Of a stretch of 64,000 bases of DNA, positions 1-10,538 are shown piece by piece. Every line of letters begins with the position of its first letter. The first letter of the stretch is position 1. A program made the position numbers and the translations under genes. The notes beneath the pieces are model-generated. The model worked only from the letters and a program-made list of their open reading frames with translations. It made no database searches and had not been told where the DNA came from. The stretch lies in the NCBI GenBank assembly GCA_963827515.1, contig CAWHBF010000022.1:1857-65856 (forward strand). The letters are read 5' to 3'. Source of the stretch: an uncultured Acidobacteriota bacterium. Lineage in GTDB: Bacteria; Acidobacteriota; Vicinamibacteria; Vicinamibacterales; UBA2999.

Positions 1-13
1 GGAAACTGTCGCC

Positions 14-1009
14 ATGAGAAAAGTCCTCGTCCTGGCTCTCGTTGCCGTTGCGCTGGCGGCGGGTGCTTTCTTCTTCTGGACCCGGCGGACCCCAGCGCCG
101 CCGCAGGGATTGACCCTGTACGGCAATGTGGACATCAGGCAGGTGTCGCTGGCGTTCGACGGTAGCGGACGGATCGCGGAGGTTCGCGTCGAGGAAGGAG
201 ACCATGTTCGAGCGGGCGCGGTTCTGGCGACCATCGACACGCGAACGTTCGAGCTCCAGATCGAGCAGGCAACCGCGCAGATCGAGGCGCAGGAACAGAA
301 CCTTCGGCGGCTCAGGAACGGTGCACGCCCGGAGGAAATCAAGGAGGCGCGCAGCCGGCTGGCCACCGCGCAGGCGGAGGTCGCGCGCGCCACTGACGAT
401 CTCACACGGCTGCAAGGCATCGCCGCGAAGACGCAGGGGCGCGGCGTCAGTCGGCAGGATCTCGATCGCGCGCAAAGTGCCGTCGTGACGGCGTCGTCAC
501 GGACGGACGAACTCCGCGACGCGCTGCGTCTTGTGGAATCCGGTTCCCGCTCGGAGGACATCGCCGGCGCCGAAGCGCAGGTCAAAGCGTCAAGGGCGCA
601 ACTCGCGTTGCTGCGCCACCAGATCGAGTTGGGCGAACTGAAAGCCCCGGTCGATGCGGTCGTGCGATCGCGTCTGCTCGAACCTGGGGAGATGGCGACT
701 CCGCAGCGACCCGTCTTGACACTCGCGCTGACGCAGCCGAAATGGGTGCGCGTGTATGTGGCCGAACCCGACCTTGGCAAGGTCCGGGTGGGTCTGGCGG
801 CTCGGATTCGCACGGACGGTCAGTCAGATGTGCTCACCGGCAAGATTTCGTTCATCGCTTCAACGGCGGAATTCACGCCGAAGTCGGTCGAGACCGAGGA
901 GTTGCGGACCAGCCTCGTCTACGAAGTTCGTATCCTCGTGGACGATCCCACAGACATCCTTCGACTCGGTCAACCAGTGACCGTCGAGCTCGCCCGAGCC
1001 GGTGCATGA
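14..1009 (+). CDS. ybhG: HlyD-family efflux periplasmic adaptor (YbhG-like)
   Basis: N-terminal TM, LYGNVDIRQV, coiled hairpin, AEFTPKSVET..RTSLVY motif; first gene of the exporter operon. Confidence 0.88.
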   Translation: MRKVLVLALVAVALAAGAFFFWTRRTPAPPQGLTLYGNVDIRQVSLAFDGSGRIAEVRVEEGDHVRAGAVLATIDTRTFELQIEQATAQIEAQEQNLRRLRNGARPEEIKEARSRLATAQAEVARATDDLTRLQGIAAKTQGRGVSRQDLDRAQSAVVTASSRTDELRDALRLVESGSRSEDIAGAEAQVKASRAQLALLRHQIELGELKAPVDAVVRSRLLEPGEMATPQRPVLTLALTQPKWVRVYVAEPDLGKVRVGLAARIRTDGQSDVLTGKISFIASTAEFTPKSVETEELRTSLVYEVRILVDDPTDILRLGQPVTVELARAGA

Positions 1010-2778
1010 CCGGCGCGCCGCTGACGATCGTGGCCGAATCGCTGCGGAAGGTGTTTCCGGCGCCCGGCGGCGGCACGGTATCGGCCGTCGACAACGTGTC
1101 GTTGTCGGTGCGGACCGGTGCGCTGACGGCGCTCGTGGGACCAGACGGTGCGGGCAAGACGACACTGATTCGGTTGGTGGCGGGACTGATGGCGCCAGAC
1201 GCTGGACGCTTGCGGGTGCTCGACATCGACGTCGTCGCACACCCGCAGGCGGTCCAGGATCGCATCAGTTACATGCCGCAGCGCTTTGGCCTGTACGAGG
1301 ACCTCAGCGTTCAGGAGAACCTCGATCTCTACGCGGATCTGCACGGCGTACCGCAGGCGGTCCGGACAGAGCGCTTCGGTCGACTGCTCGAGATGACCGA
1401 CCTGGCGCCCTTCACCGCGCGGCCGGCGGGCAAGCTGTCGGGCGGCATGAAACAGAAGCTGGGCCTGGCGTGCACGCTGGTCCGATCTCCGCACCTGCTG
1501 CTGCTCGACGAGCCGAGCGTCGGCGTCGATCCGCTGTCGCGACGAGAACTGTGGGCCATCGTGCAGCAGTTGGTGGACGACGAGCATCTGAGCGTGCTCA
1601 TCAGCACGGCGTACATGGACGAAGCCGAACGGTGCGCGCAGGTCTTCGTGATGCACCAGGGCCAGATCATCAGCGAAGGCGCACCGGCCACGCTACGCAC
1701 GCGCGCGAACGGCCTGACGTTCGTCGCCACGCCACCGCCCCGCGAGCCGGCACGGCAACTTCAGTCGCGCTTGTTCGATGCCGCCGACGTCGTGCTTGAC
1801 GCGGTCCCGAAGGGCGGGGCCGTTCGCTTCATCCGCCAGCCTGATTCGCCTTCCGAGCGGCTGCAGGAGTTGCTCGGAGCTGCGCGGCCTGAGCCACGTC
1901 CCGAAGAACTCGAGGACGCCTTCATGATGATGCTGCGCCAGCGCGACGAGCAGGCGCCGACCGGGCCTCCGCCCGCGGCCGTCACCCAGCCCCGGCCGGC
2001 GTCAGCTCCCAACGACCAACCGGCGATTGTGGTGCGCGATCTCGTCCGCATGTTCGGCGACTTCACCGCCGTCGCTCGGACGTCGTTCGATGTGCGCCGC
2101 GGCGAGATCTTCGGGCTGCTCGGGCCCAATGGCGCCGGCAAGACCACCACGTTCCGTATGCTGTGTGGCCTCTTACCTGCCACCAGCGGTCATCTCGAAG
2201 TGGCCGGCGTGAACCTGCGCACGGCGCGGGCCCAGGCCCGCGCACGCATTGGATACGTGTCTCAGAAGTTCGCGCTGTACGGGAACTTGAGCGTGCGCGC
2301 GAACCTCGAGTTCTTCGGTGGCGCGTATGGACTCCGCGGCCGGGTGCTGCAGACGCGTGTCGCCGCGGCCCTGGAACAGTTCGGATTGACCGGAGCAGCC
2401 CGCAGCGGAGATTTGCCCGGGGGCTACAAGCAGCGCCTCGCGATGGCCGCGGGGCTTCTCCACGAGCCGGACATCCTATTCCTCGACGAGCCGACGAGCG
2501 GCATCGACCCGCTGGCGCGTCGCGCCTTCTGGCGGTCCATCACAGCGCTGGCCGAGCAAGGGGTCACCGTCATCATCACGACGCACTTCATGGAGGAAGC
2601 GGAGTACTGCGATCGAATCGCGATCCAGGACGCCGGCCGGCTGCTCGCGATCGGCACACCCGGTGAGGTCCGTCAGCGCGCGGGTGCGGACGTGGCCGAC
2701 ATGAACAGCGCCTTCATCGCCATCGTCGAACAGGCGCGCAGTGCCCGTCACGCCGGGACACCGGGGGCGAACGCATGA
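1006..2778 (+). CDS. ybhF: ABC transporter ATP-binding protein with two ATPase domains (YbhF-like)
   Basis: Two Walker A motifs (GPDGAGKT, GPNGAGKT), LSGGMKQ/LPGGYKQ signatures; ATGA overlap with the upstream stop. Confidence 0.9.
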   Translation: MTGAPLTIVAESLRKVFPAPGGGTVSAVDNVSLSVRTGALTALVGPDGAGKTTLIRLVAGLMAPDAGRLRVLDIDVVAHPQAVQDRISYMPQRFGLYEDLSVQENLDLYADLHGVPQAVRTERFGRLLEMTDLAPFTARPAGKLSGGMKQKLGLACTLVRSPHLLLLDEPSVGVDPLSRRELWAIVQQLVDDEHLSVLISTAYMDEAERCAQVFVMHQGQIISEGAPATLRTRANGLTFVATPPPREPARQLQSRLFDAADVVLDAVPKGGAVRFIRQPDSPSERLQELLGAARPEPRPEELEDAFMMMLRQRDEQAPTGPPPAAVTQPRPASAPNDQPAIVVRDLVRMFGDFTAVARTSFDVRRGEIFGLLGPNGAGKTTTFRMLCGLLPATSGHLEVAGVNLRTARAQARARIGYVSQKFALYGNLSVRANLEFFGGAYGLRGRVLQTRVAAALEQFGLTGAARSGDLPGGYKQRLAMAAGLLHEPDILFLDEPTSGIDPLARRAFWRSITALAEQGVTVIITTHFMEEAEYCDRIAIQDAGRLLAIGTPGEVRQRAGADVADMNSAFIAIVEQARSARHAGTPGANA

Positions 2779-3899
2779 CGCCATTCGTGCGTCGATTCGT
2801 GGCGCTCCTCCGTAAGGAGACGCGCCAACTTTTGCGGGATCGCAGCAACTTGGCCGTGGGCCTGGTCTTGCCGGTCGTGCTGATCCTGTTGTTCGGCTAT
2901 GGGCTGTCGTTCGACGTGCGCGATGCGCCGGTCGGGATCGTCCTCGAAGACCGGTCGCCGGACGCGCGCGCCGTCGTGGCTGGGCTCGAAGGGTCTCCAT
3001 ACATTGCTCCCGTGTGGCTCACCAACATGCCAGAGGCCGTCGAGCGAATGCGGCTGGGCGAGATCCGAGGGATCGTCCGCGTGCCGGTCGATTTCGCGCG
3101 ACAGCTGTCCGCCGGCCACGCGCAGATTCAACTCGTGGTCAACGGCGTGGACACGAATACGGCCGCGACCATCGAGAGTTACGTGACTGGCGCGATTGGG
3201 ATTTGGGCGCAGCGTCAAGCCGATCGCGCCGGGAACGCGGCCGGTGGGGTGGGCAGCGTCGTCGTGGTCCCCCGGATGTGGTTCAACGAAGCGTCGAGCA
3301 GCACCTGGTATCTCGTGCCGGGACTGCTGGTCCTGGTGCTCACGTTGATCGGCGCGTTTCTGACCTCCTTGCTCATCGCGCGCGAATGGGAACGCGGCAC
3401 GCTCGAGGCCCTCTTCGTCACGCCCGTGCGGCCGCTCGAGCTGGTGCTCGCCAAGCTGGCGCCCTATCTCGTCATCGGGACGATCGACTTGTTCGTCTGT
3501 CTCCTGGCCGCTCACTTCCTGTTCGAAGTGCCGATTCGAGGGTCGATGCTGGCGATCGTCGCCTCGTCTTTGCTCTATCTGACGGTGTCGCTGTCGCTCG
3601 GCCTGTTCATCTCCGGCGCGACGCGCAGCCAGTTTCTCGCGAGTCAGGTGGCCCTGCTCACCAGCTTCATGCCGGCGTTGATGCTCTCGGGGTTCATCTT
3701 CGACCTTCGTAACGCCCCCGTGGTTATTCAGATCGTCAGCCAGGTCCTGCCGGCGACGCACTTCATGGGGCTGTTGAAGACGCTGTTCCTGGCCGGCGAC
3801 AACTGGGCCCTGGTCGCCCGCAACTGTTCCATCCTGGCGTTCTACGCGTTCATCCTGATCGCGGCGTCACGACGGAGCCTCCGAAAGCGGCTGTTGTAA
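2775..3899 (+). CDS. ybhS: ABC-2 type permease (YbhS-like)
   Basis: AREWERGTLEAL motif, multiple TM helices. Confidence 0.88.
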   Translation: MTPFVRRFVALLRKETRQLLRDRSNLAVGLVLPVVLILLFGYGLSFDVRDAPVGIVLEDRSPDARAVVAGLEGSPYIAPVWLTNMPEAVERMRLGEIRGIVRVPVDFARQLSAGHAQIQLVVNGVDTNTAATIESYVTGAIGIWAQRQADRAGNAAGGVGSVVVVPRMWFNEASSSTWYLVPGLLVLVLTLIGAFLTSLLIAREWERGTLEALFVTPVRPLELVLAKLAPYLVIGTIDLFVCLLAAHFLFEVPIRGSMLAIVASSLLYLTVSLSLGLFISGATRSQFLASQVALLTSFMPALMLSGFIFDLRNAPVVIQIVSQVLPATHFMGLLKTLFLAGDNWALVARNCSILAFYAFILIAASRRSLRKRLL

Positions 3900-3903
3900 C
3901 GCC

Positions 3904-5016
3904 ATGCGTGCCCTGGTCGGCTACATCGTGCGCGTCGGCTTTCTGTGCCGCAAAGAGCTGCTGGTGCTCCTGGCGGATCCACAGAGTCGCGCGATGATGT
4001 TCCTCCCGGCCTTACTGCAGTCGCTGCTCTTCGGCTACGGGGCGACGTACGACTTGACCAATGCGCCATACGCCGTGCTCGACCTGAGTCGCGGCGCCGC
4101 GTCGACGGCGCTGATCGCACGAGTTGACGGGACCGGGGTGTTCAATCGTGTCGCCACGCTCCGATCGGCGTCGGAGATCGCAGACGTCATCGACCGCGGC
4201 GACGCGCTGCTCGTCTTGAGTATTCCCGGCGACTTCGAGGCGCGGCTGGCCGCCGGACAGGCCGCGCCGCTGCAGATGATCCTCGACGGCCGCAATTCGA
4301 CCACGGCAGGGGCCGCCGCGGGCCACGTCGGCGCGATCGTTGCCGCGTACAACCACACCCTGGGAGGGGCGCCGCCGATCGTCGTCGAGCGTCGGGCCTG
4401 GTACAACCCGAACCTCGAATCCCGGTGGAACCTCATGCCGGCGCTGATTGGCGCCCTCAGCATGCTCCAGACGTTGCTCTTGTCCGCGTTGTCGGTCGCG
4501 CGAGAACGTGAGCAAGGCACCTTCGATCAACTGCTGGTGACGCCATTCACGCCGATGCAGATTCTGATCGGGAAGGCGTTGCCGTCGATCCTGGTCGGGC
4601 TCGTGCAGTCGACCACGATCTTCCTGATTATCCGCTTCTGGTTTCAGATTCCGATGAGTGGATCGGTGTGGCTGCTCTATCTGGGCCTGTTCACCTTCAC
4701 GGGCGCCGCCGTGGGAATCGGTCTCTCGATCTCGGCGTTGGCGGTGAGCATGCAGCAGGCCATGCTCTACACGTTCCTGATGATCATGCCGTTGATGCTG
4801 CTCTCGGGGTTGATGTCGCCCGTCAGCAACATGCCGCGGGTCCTCCAGCTCCTGACCTACGCCAATCCGCTGCGGTTCGGGATGGACCTCACCCGGCGCG
4901 TCTATCTCGAGGGAGCCGGCCTGCGGGAGGTCGGCTTCGACTTCGTGCCGATGCTCGCCGTGGCAGGCATCACGCTGCCGCTCGCGGCCTGGCTGTTCCG
5001 GAATCGGTTGGCGTGA
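3904..5016 (+). CDS. ybhR: ABC-2 type permease (YbhR-like)
   Basis: RAWYNPNL and AREREQGTFDQLLVTP motifs. Confidence 0.88.
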   Translation: MRALVGYIVRVGFLCRKELLVLLADPQSRAMMFLPALLQSLLFGYGATYDLTNAPYAVLDLSRGAASTALIARVDGTGVFNRVATLRSASEIADVIDRGDALLVLSIPGDFEARLAAGQAAPLQMILDGRNSTTAGAAAGHVGAIVAAYNHTLGGAPPIVVERRAWYNPNLESRWNLMPALIGALSMLQTLLLSALSVAREREQGTFDQLLVTPFTPMQILIGKALPSILVGLVQSTTIFLIIRFWFQIPMSGSVWLLYLGLFTFTGAAVGIGLSISALAVSMQQAMLYTFLMIMPLMLLSGLMSPVSNMPRVLQLLTYANPLRFGMDLTRRVYLEGAGLREVGFDFVPMLAVAGITLPLAAWLFRNRLA

Positions 5017-5033
5017 GAGGGAGGATCGGCCCC

Positions 5034-6529
5034 ATGGTCGTCCGTTGGCTGCATCGATCTCGAGCGTGTTTACCCGGCGTCATGGCGCTCGTCATGGCGG
5101 GTTGCGCCAGTGGCGCACCGAAGTATGTGAAGCCGGAACCCACGGCGCCCCGCCGATTGGACGACGTGGCGAAGCGGAGACGCGTCGCTGCATGAGCCGC
5201 TCGAGACGAGCGAGACGCTACCGGAGAACTGGTGGGCGGCGTTCTCCGATCCCGTGCTCGACGAGTTACAGCGTCAAGCCGTTGAGGCGAGCCCCGACCT
5301 GATGACGGCGGCGCTCCACTTCGCGCAGGCGCGCGTGCAGCGACAGACCGTCAGCCCGCAGCATGGCCTGCAGGGCAGCCTGTATGCGAGCGCGACCGGC
5401 CGGCGGGAGAGCGAGCTCGGGGCGGGCGTGCGATTGATCGACGTGCTGGGCGCCGATGCCGCGAGGATCGCTCCGTTGATCGCGGAGCCGTACGGCTTCT
5501 ACCAGGTGGGCTTCGACGTGTCGTGGGAGCTGGATCTCTGGGGCCGGATCAGCTCGTCAATCGAGCAGGCCGATGCCGACATCGCGCGTCAGGGCGCGCT
5601 GCTCGACCTCGCGAGGGTCAGCCTGGCGAGCGACGTCGCCCGCTCCTTCTTCGATGTGCGGACGATCCAGCGCCAGATCCGCGTCATGCGTGAGGAAATC
5701 GCCGCGATGGAGGACCGGCTGTCGATTATCGAAGCGCAGGCAGAGGGCGGCCTGGTTGACGGGCTCTCTGTCGAGCGTCAACGAGCCGACCTGTCGGCGC
5801 TCAAGGCGCAGCTGCCACCGCTCCTGGCGCGTGAGGCGTCGAGCGGCAACGAGATCGCACTGCTTCTGGGTCGACTATCCCGGCGCACTCACGAGCCGAC
5901 TGGCGCCAACAGACACGGACCAATCCATTCCGTTGCCCGATCTCGTGCTCGGACTGCCGTCGGAGCTCGCATCTCGACGACCCGACATCGCGGCGGCCGA
6001 GGCGCGGCTGCGCGGCGCCACCGCCGGGATCGGCATCGCCACCGCAGCGCTCTATCCGAGCATTCGTCTCGGCGCCAGATTCGGGTCCGAGTCATATCTG
6101 GGCAGCGACTTCCTGAGCTGGGGCTCTCGGCTCTGGTCGTTCGGCCCGAGCCTCGACCTGCCCTTGTTCGATCGCGGCCGCCGCAAGAGCGTCGTGCAAC
6201 TGCGTGAGCTGGAGCAACAGGAGGCGGCGGTCGCTTTTCAACGCACCGTGCTCACGGCATGGAAGGAGATTGACGATGCGCTCACGGGATACACCGCTGA
6301 ACGACAGCAGTTGCGTGAGCTCACGTCCCGCGAGCAGAGCGCGCGACAGGCACACGATCTCGCGCTGGCACGATACGAGGGCGGTGCAGTCGATTTCGTC
6401 ACGGTCCTCGACAGTCAGCGAAGCCTTCTGCAAGCGACGTTTGACAAGGTCAGCAGTGAGGGCCGCTTGGTGGTGAGATTCGTCGCGATCAATCGCGCCC
6501 TTGGGAATGCGCCGAAGCTGGTTCAATGA
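5034..6529 (+). CDS. NodT/OprM-family outer membrane efflux lipoprotein, two apparent frameshifts (~5150, ~5875)
   Basis: RBS GGAGG, lipobox MAGC, WWxxFxDPxL, SWELDLWG and RRPDIAAAE motifs spread over three frames. Confidence 0.82.
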
Positions 6530-6555
6530 CCGACACCGACGCACGTGAGCCACGG

Positions 6556-6655
6556 CCAGGCCGATTTTTGATTCGGCGTAGAGCGGAGGCTTCAGCCTCC
6601 GCGGACACGCGAAGGCGGAAGCCTCCGCTCTACGGCGAAACGCAAATCGCTCTAG
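6556..6655. repeat. ~100-bp REP-doublet/MITE-like element, chimeric copy
   Basis: GATTCGGC-GTAGAGCGGAGGCTTCAGCCTCCGC-GGACAC...CTCTAC-GGCGAAACGCAAATCGCTCTAG. Confidence 0.9.
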
Positions 6656-7215
6656 CCAGAAGAACACCGCTGCCATGCATCGAGAGACTCGAAGAACTGC
6701 CGTGACTCGGCCGTCGAGTACTCGTCGATGTATTCAAGCAGCAGCTTCTTGTGTCCACAGAGCCGCTTCTCGACGTACCAATCGAGCGGAAACGTGACAT
6801 CCTCCTTTCTTACCAGGCCGGAGCGGACCGCCGCCTGCAGCTGACTGACCATGAACAAGAAGCGGTCGAATCGGTCGGTGATGAATCGCTGGGTCTCCGT
6901 GCGCCGCCCTTTCGTTCGCAGGGACGCTTCGATGGCCGCAGGCATCTCACGAGGGAGGATGTGCACTTTCGTGCCTGGCGCGATCTCGTAGGTGCGGCCC
7001 TCCTCCCAGTCGAGCATCGTCAGCGCCTGCCAACCCTCGTCGTTGATCATGCCGTTGATCAGCGTCCGCGCCATTTCGGCCTGCCGCCATTCGAGCTCTC
7101 TGACGCTCTGCGCCACGCTTCGCCGATACTGTTCGATGCCGATCGCCGCCGCGACGAGCGCGCTGAGGATCGTCACGTACCGCCAAATCGATTCGAGCCG
7201 GCTGGCCTCAGACAC
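6652..7215 (-). CDS. Hypothetical membrane-anchored protein
   Basis: 187-aa ORF with one N-terminal TM segment and protein-like composition; stop lies in the repeat end. Confidence 0.65.
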   Translation of the reverse strand: MSEASRLESIWRYVTILSALVAAAIGIEQYRRSVAQSVRELEWRQAEMARTLINGMINDEGWQALTMLDWEEGRTYEIAPGTKVHILPREMPAAIEASLRTKGRRTETQRFITDRFDRFLFMVSQLQAAVRSGLVRKEDVTFPLDWYVEKRLCGHKKLLLEYIDEYSTAESRQFFESLDAWQRCSSG

Positions 7216-7581
7216 AGCGTTGTTCCTCTAGTCGTTCGGTCCTGGGTGCGCGAATCCGCGGCCTCGACCTGCCGCTGCAGCGCTCAGCTCCCGCGCTGGC
7301 ACTTTTCCCCGCCACCTCCGGCCGGCCGGAGGCACCTCCGGAACATCCACGCGCACGTCGGGATCGTTTGCGACGATCGTGCGATTTCTGCCCGAAAACT
7401 CGGGAGCTGTCATCGCGGCGACGGGGACGCCCACGGCGGAGCAGGTATCGTGCCTGAAGATCGCCGCCCATCGGGACCCTGTCACCGAAGACCGTTGGAG
7501 GCTACGGTATTTCGTAGATCAAACCCGCGTGTCAGCGCTCAGCTGTTCGGAACCAGGACTTTTTGGCGGAAAACAGGCCTT

Positions 7582-7626
7582 AATCAAACGATTGCACGCG
7601 GCTGTTCAGCTGGCCGCCGACTTGCT
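7582..7626 (+). promoter_or_regulatory. IHF-like site plus sigma54 -24/-12 motif
   Basis: AATCAAACGATTG (7582-7594, matches WATCAANNNNTTR) and TGGCCGCCGACTTGCT (7611-7626, GG-N10-GC). Confidence 0.6.
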
Positions 7627-7745
7627 CCCCCTAAACGGGCTGCGTCCCGCTGTCCAGGGAGATTTTTGCGCCAAGGCGTCGTGGTGTTGACTTGGCTGGT
7701 CCTACTAGAGCTCGCGGCGTGCGAACTGGAGAAGAGGGTATTGCG

Positions 7746-9641
7746 ATGATCTCGAATCGTCGTTGTCGTGCCGTCGGCATCGTCATGTTGCTGCTGATCG
7801 GGACCCACCCAGTGTGGACACAGCAGGCTCCCGTCGGCGCCGAAGGTCCCGGGAGCACCTATTCCACCTTGCATCCGCAGCCGAAGCGGCTTGTCGACGA
7901 CTGGTTCAAGCGGTTGAGCGCCGTCGTCCAAAAGCCTGTCGACCCGGCAGAAGGCTATGAAAACCTGCCGCTGTCGACTCGAACGACGTTCAACGCGGTC
8001 ACCCACGCGCTGCTCATGACCAAGCTCACGGATGCTTCCGGCGAGAGTCTCTCGGATTCAGCCATGGATCTGGTGGACCGAGTCGACGAGGTCGCCGGCC
8101 AGATTCTTGGCTCGAGAGGCGACCGGCAGTTCAGGATCTACGTCCAGTTGAAGCCCGGTGCATTGGAGCTTCTCACCAGGAGCAAGGAGTTCTCCCGCAC
8201 CGCCGACAACACTGTCTATCACAAGGGCTACCCCATCTGCTTCCGCAGCACGGGCGGTACACCGTCGATCCAGTTCTCTCTCTCGCGCGACGCGTCGAGA
8301 GCCGACATCGATGTGGATTACCGCTCCTCAATATTTCCCGTGGCACTGTTGAACGGACACTTGACGGCGTCTAATTCCGACATTCGCGCCAGCGGCAACG
8401 ATGAGAAGCACATCCAACAGTGGGCGGGCATGCAGAACTGGTGGCGAAACCTGCTGGGCCTGCCATATGCGGAGACGCTTCGAGTGGGCGCGGAGTCAGA
8501 CCGCGTCATCTCAGCCGCACCTCGACGTAAAGGTGGCAATCCTTCGGATGCTGTCCTCGATTTCTTGAGTGGCTGGCTGGTGGAGCAGAAGCCGGAGGAA
8601 GCCATCGCCTACTTTGCCGAACAGAGCTACGCCTGCGTGGATGTCCAAAACAAGGCGACGACCGATCGCGGCGTGGTGAGTTTCGTGCTGCTGCAACGGA
8701 TGATGGCCGCGAATGCGCAGATCGGGAAGATGTCGTCGCTCAGCGACGCCGTCGTCGGCGTCGCGATCAGCAGCGAACGCTTGAAGGTCATCCAGCAACC
8801 GTACCATTCCACGTTCGTCTTGTACGACGTCAGAGAAGACCTGGCCGAGGAGTTCAAGTGTGTCAACCGGTTGGATTCCAGCCGAGTGTCCTCGAAAGCC
8901 CTGAAGTCCCGGTCCTTCGGCAAGTATGTCGGTGCCATGTTTGCCATCAAGGCCAATCAGCAGACAGCCGCCAGAACGGTGGCGACGCTGTGGCAGCGAG
9001 AAGGCGGCTACTGGAAGTTGATCTCCTACGATGTCGATCCCGAGATCGACCGAAGCCGCGTACCAGATCTTCGCGCCGCGGTCGCCGCCGACGCGCCGTT
9101 GGAATACGTGCAAGGCGACAAGGAGATGGTCAAGGCCGCCTCGAGTTTCATGAGGGAGTGGCTGGTCAGGAAGAATGTCGAGAAGGCGCTCGAGTACGCC
9201 GCTCCCGAGTCTCTCGCGTGCGTCACGCTGTACCGTGCGGACGATGTCCCGGCCCCGTCGACGCCCGCGGCGGCGCGCGATCTGCTCAAGACGGGGATGG
9301 CGAGCGCAGCGGCAGCGATCGGCTCGGTGAGACGCCTCGACGGCGCGATCGTTACCCCTGAGGTTCATCACCAGGCGCTGAAACTGGTGAAGCACGCTGA
9401 GGACGCGGCGTTCGTCATTGCATCCATCCCCGAATCCATGGGCGCGGCGGCCGACTGCGGGCGCCGCAGACCCGATGGGGATCCGGATTTCAGCGGCGCC
9501 ACAGCGACAGGCTACGGCAGGTATTACGCTGCTGGCTTCAACTTCAGTAACGGCAACATGGATCCCGCGACGTTGTGGACTGTCTGGAGCAACGTCAACG
9601 GCTCGTGGAAGGTCGTGTCGTATGCGCTGCTCAGTCCCTAG
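7746..9641 (+). CDS. Large secreted hypothetical protein with an internal duplicated domain
   Basis: Signal-peptide-like start; repeated motifs FLxxWLV..EEA..Y....S.ACV and W....G.WK..SY. Confidence 0.75.
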   Translation: MISNRRCRAVGIVMLLLIGTHPVWTQQAPVGAEGPGSTYSTLHPQPKRLVDDWFKRLSAVVQKPVDPAEGYENLPLSTRTTFNAVTHALLMTKLTDASGESLSDSAMDLVDRVDEVAGQILGSRGDRQFRIYVQLKPGALELLTRSKEFSRTADNTVYHKGYPICFRSTGGTPSIQFSLSRDASRADIDVDYRSSIFPVALLNGHLTASNSDIRASGNDEKHIQQWAGMQNWWRNLLGLPYAETLRVGAESDRVISAAPRRKGGNPSDAVLDFLSGWLVEQKPEEAIAYFAEQSYACVDVQNKATTDRGVVSFVLLQRMMAANAQIGKMSSLSDAVVGVAISSERLKVIQQPYHSTFVLYDVREDLAEEFKCVNRLDSSRVSSKALKSRSFGKYVGAMFAIKANQQTAARTVATLWQREGGYWKLISYDVDPEIDRSRVPDLRAAVAADAPLEYVQGDKEMVKAASSFMREWLVRKNVEKALEYAAPESLACVTLYRADDVPAPSTPAAARDLLKTGMASAAAAIGSVRRLDGAIVTPEVHHQALKLVKHAEDAAFVIASIPESMGAAADCGRRRPDGDPDFSGATATGYGRYYAAGFNFSNGNMDPATLWTVWSNVNGSWKVVSYALLSP

Positions 9642-9668
9642 GCTGCTAGCCCTTCGGACGTCTTCCGT

Positions 9669-9695
9669 TTAGAGCGTTTTTCGATTCGGCGTAGA
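9669..9695. repeat. Truncated end of the ~100-bp element
   Basis: TTAGAGCGTTTTTCGATTCGGCGTAGA. Confidence 0.75.
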
Positions 9696-9726
9696 AGCTG
9701 TGACTCGGCAGTCAGGACCTCGGGCA

Positions 9727-10101
9727 TCAGCTTCGGTCGGCACAGAGGCGCTTGATGACCGACAGCAGGTCGTCGGATGAGAGCTTCGAGACGAAGGCAG
9801 CTGCTCCGGCCTGGAGGAACGCCTGGCCGGCGTTCGGATCGTCCAGGGCCGTGAACATGATCACTTTCATCTTGGGGTTGACGCGCGTAATCTCGCGACA
9901 CGCCTCCAGTGCGTGGACGTTCGGGAGATGCACATCGAGCACAATCACGTCGGGCTGGAGTCGTTGCGCCGTCTCCAGCAGCGCGCTGCCGTCCGTGAGG
10001 CTTCCCACGATCTCGAAATCCAGTGCCAGCAACCGGCTGAGGGCTTTCACGATGTCAGGGTAGTCGTCTGCAAGCAGGACACGGGGTCGCGTGGACAACA
10101 T
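9727..10101 (-). CDS. Stand-alone response regulator receiver (NarL-type REC, no HTH)
   Basis: VLLADD, PDVIVLDV, FVSK; RBS GGAGG. Confidence 0.88.
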   Translation of the reverse strand: MLSTRPRVLLADDYPDIVKALSRLLALDFEIVGSLTDGSALLETAQRLQPDVIVLDVHLPNVHALEACREITRVNPKMKVIMFTALDDPNAGQAFLQAGAAAFVSKLSSDDLLSVIKRLCADRS

Positions 10102-10236
10102 GAACCTCCGTTGGGACTATCGATTCGCGAGCGACACGATGGTGGCCGTCAGGATGTTGCCGTCGACGGGCTGCAGACACACGCGGCGCACCCGTCTGAT
10201 GCGCGCGCTCCTGTATTCGACTGATCAATGGCGCGT

Positions 10237-10336
10237 CTAGCCCGTTTTTCGATTCGGCGTAGAGCGGAGGCTTTAGCCTCCGCGGACACGCGCACGCTGA
10301 AGCGTGCGCTCTACGTCGAAACGCAAACCGCTCTAG
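10237..10336. repeat. Complete 100-bp REP-doublet/MITE-like element
   Basis: CTAG...GTAGAGCGGAGGCTTTAGCCTCCGC-GGACAC-GCGCACGCTGAAGCGTGCGCTCTAC...CTAG. Confidence 0.95.
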
Positions 10337-10538
10337 TGTAACGCGTCCGCAACGGACGCCGCTGCGCTGCGGCGCAGCCCTGATTTTTCAACGAGGATGA
10401 CACCACACAGCCACGAAACGCATGCCGGCCCTCGGTGGAACCCTCGATTTTCGAACTGCTGAGGCCGAAGGTAGCCGCGAAGCGAGGAGCCCCAAGTAGG
10501 TGTGATACCTTTCCCGCCACAGCTGATGGCTGTTCGGG

